Source of the DNA: the human T2T-CHM13v2.0 reference genome, Homo sapiens
DNA length: 64,000 nucleotides
Assembly (NCBI RefSeq): GCF_009914755.1
Contig: NC_060939.1
Direction: 5' to 3' (one strand)
The notes below the pieces were generated by a model, which did no database searches, was not told the DNA's origin, and worked only from the letters and a program-made list of their open reading frames with translations. Made by a program: the position numbers and the translations under genes. Shown here piece by piece: positions 62,401-64,000 of the stretch (within the stretch, counting starts at the first letter, position 1; each line of letters begins with the position of its first letter).

Positions 62401-63394
62401 AGCCAGAAAGGCAGATGCTAAATGAGAAAGTGACAGAAAAGTTACAGATTTTGTTAAGCATACAAAGCTTCTATGGGGTAAAGCAGTCAAAGGGATATGC
62501 AAATTTACACAGAAATCCAACCGATATAAATCCTTGAAAGATACTACATACAGATATTTCATCAGTTCTCACATGCCAAACCCAGCAAAGCCAAACTTTG
62601 GAGCCTCCCCTGCGAGCAGACCTGCCACAGGAGGAGAGGCAGCACAAACCTCCCTTTGCAGTGAAAATGCCACATTGTGTGTGCTTCTTACCCCATCACC
62701 TCTTTGGAAGTGGCCCCACTCAGCGCTAGCTGAGAATCGCTTCCCTCATACCACTCTCAGTAGTTCACCCCAAGACACACGGGACAACTCTGTACCTGGT
62801 AAGTCATTGTGAATCCAATTAATAATGGCATTCAGAAAGTTAGGAATCTTTGAATTATTAGATTCATAGTGATATTCAAAAGAAAGAAAACGACATCATT
62901 TCTGTTCCACGCATGTTGCCCACATTCACTGCGTAAAAGGCAAAGGGAACTGTGAGTACCCACAAAGAACCTGATATTGACGGCACATACATTTCTTCAT
63001 TAGGAAGAATAAATTTAGACTGTAACAATTTAAAAAACCAGAAAATACAACTGTACATTTTAGTTCTTATTAAAATCCAAGAGGTTTAACTTATTTGCTC
63101 CTTGTTTAGGTAATTAGTGTCTAAAACATTTCAAAGATAACATATATAGTGGCTACGATTTCTAGTACTTTTTAAAAATTCAAGCCCAGTCTCTTCTAAT
63201 TAAATGTATAAATGATTTATCTCTGTCTTTCTTAAAAAGAACCAAGAGCCCCAATTAAAAAGTAAAACTTAAATTTCCTCTTAAAAAATTGTTACGTCAA
63301 AATTATCTAATAAACCATAGTTCAGAAAATAATTTCTGAATTAAGAAAATATGAATAATAAAACCAACAGTTTATGTGCTGAATTTCACATTTT

Positions 63395-63615
63395 TATTTT
63401 TTATTATTTTTAAAATTTTGTTTTAAGTTCTAGGGTACATGTGCAGGAGTGTTACGTAGGGAAACGTGTGCCATGGTGGTTTGGTCCACCTATCAACTCA
63501 TCACCTCAGTGTTAAGCCCAGCACGCATTAGCTATTTTTCCTGATGCTCCTCCCCCACCCGCCCTGACAGGCCCCAGTATGTGTTGTTTCCCTTCCTGTG
63601 TCCATGTGTTCTCAC
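63395..63615 (-). mobile_element. L1PA 3'UTR fragment
   Basis: ttttaagttctagggtacatgtgcagg...tgtgtccatgtgttctca. Confidence 0.8.
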
Positions 63616-63664
63616 CGAACCTCACATTTTTAAATACAGCATATGCCAGGTGTCATTTCAGTAC

Positions 63665-64000
63665 CCATAATTATACATAGTATAATTATACATAGTATAT
63701 GTATATGTGTAAATATATGTATATGTGTACATATATGTATGTAATATGTGTATGTAAATATTATGTAAATATGTATGTATGTAAATATATATGTAAATAT
63801 GTATGTGAATGTATGTAAATATATACACATGTAAATATGTATGTAAAAATATGTACGTAAATATATGTATGTAAATATATGTATATATAAATGTAAAATA
63901 TGTAAATATTTGTAAATGTAAAATATGTAAATGTAAAATAAATGTAGAATGTCAAATGTAAATGTAAAATGTAAAATAAATGTAAAATGTAAAATAAATG
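63665..64000. repeat. AT-rich simple repeat, (TATG)n grading to (ATGTAAA)n
   Basis: Direct reading. Confidence 0.9.

Overview
Human genomic DNA (a human-specific AluYb8 and an AluYa5-type element are present). The window is a segmental-duplication mosaic of the chromosome 15q11-q13 type. In order: unprocessed ELMO2 pseudogene exons (+, 2.1-10.0 kb) ending just after a 5'-truncated L1PA; a repeat-rich block with one ULK4-derived exon (+, 23.2 kb); an MPHOSPH10 fragment (+, about 33-36.9 kb); an L1 3' end; a CHRNB4 fragment with an intact exon 2 (+, 39.5 kb); an apparently intact 9-exon GOLGA6L gene (-, 42.55-50.53 kb, 682 codons, probably GOLGA6L1); a second, inverted MPHOSPH10 fragment (-, about 52.6-58.3 kb), so that GOLGA6L lies between ~3.5-kb inverted repeats; a truncated ERV LTR; and a five-unit tandem array of sense Alu monomer plus antisense Alu. 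The most unusual signals are: (i) strand-asymmetric A>G substitutions in that Alu array, resembling ADAR hyper-editing fixed in DNA, next to an LTR that looks G>A hypermutated; (ii) phase-compatible MPHOSPH10 and CHRNB4 exons that could splice into a stop-free chimeric ORF antisense to GOLGA6L. Gene and repeat identities come from hand translation and recalled sequences, not from database searches.
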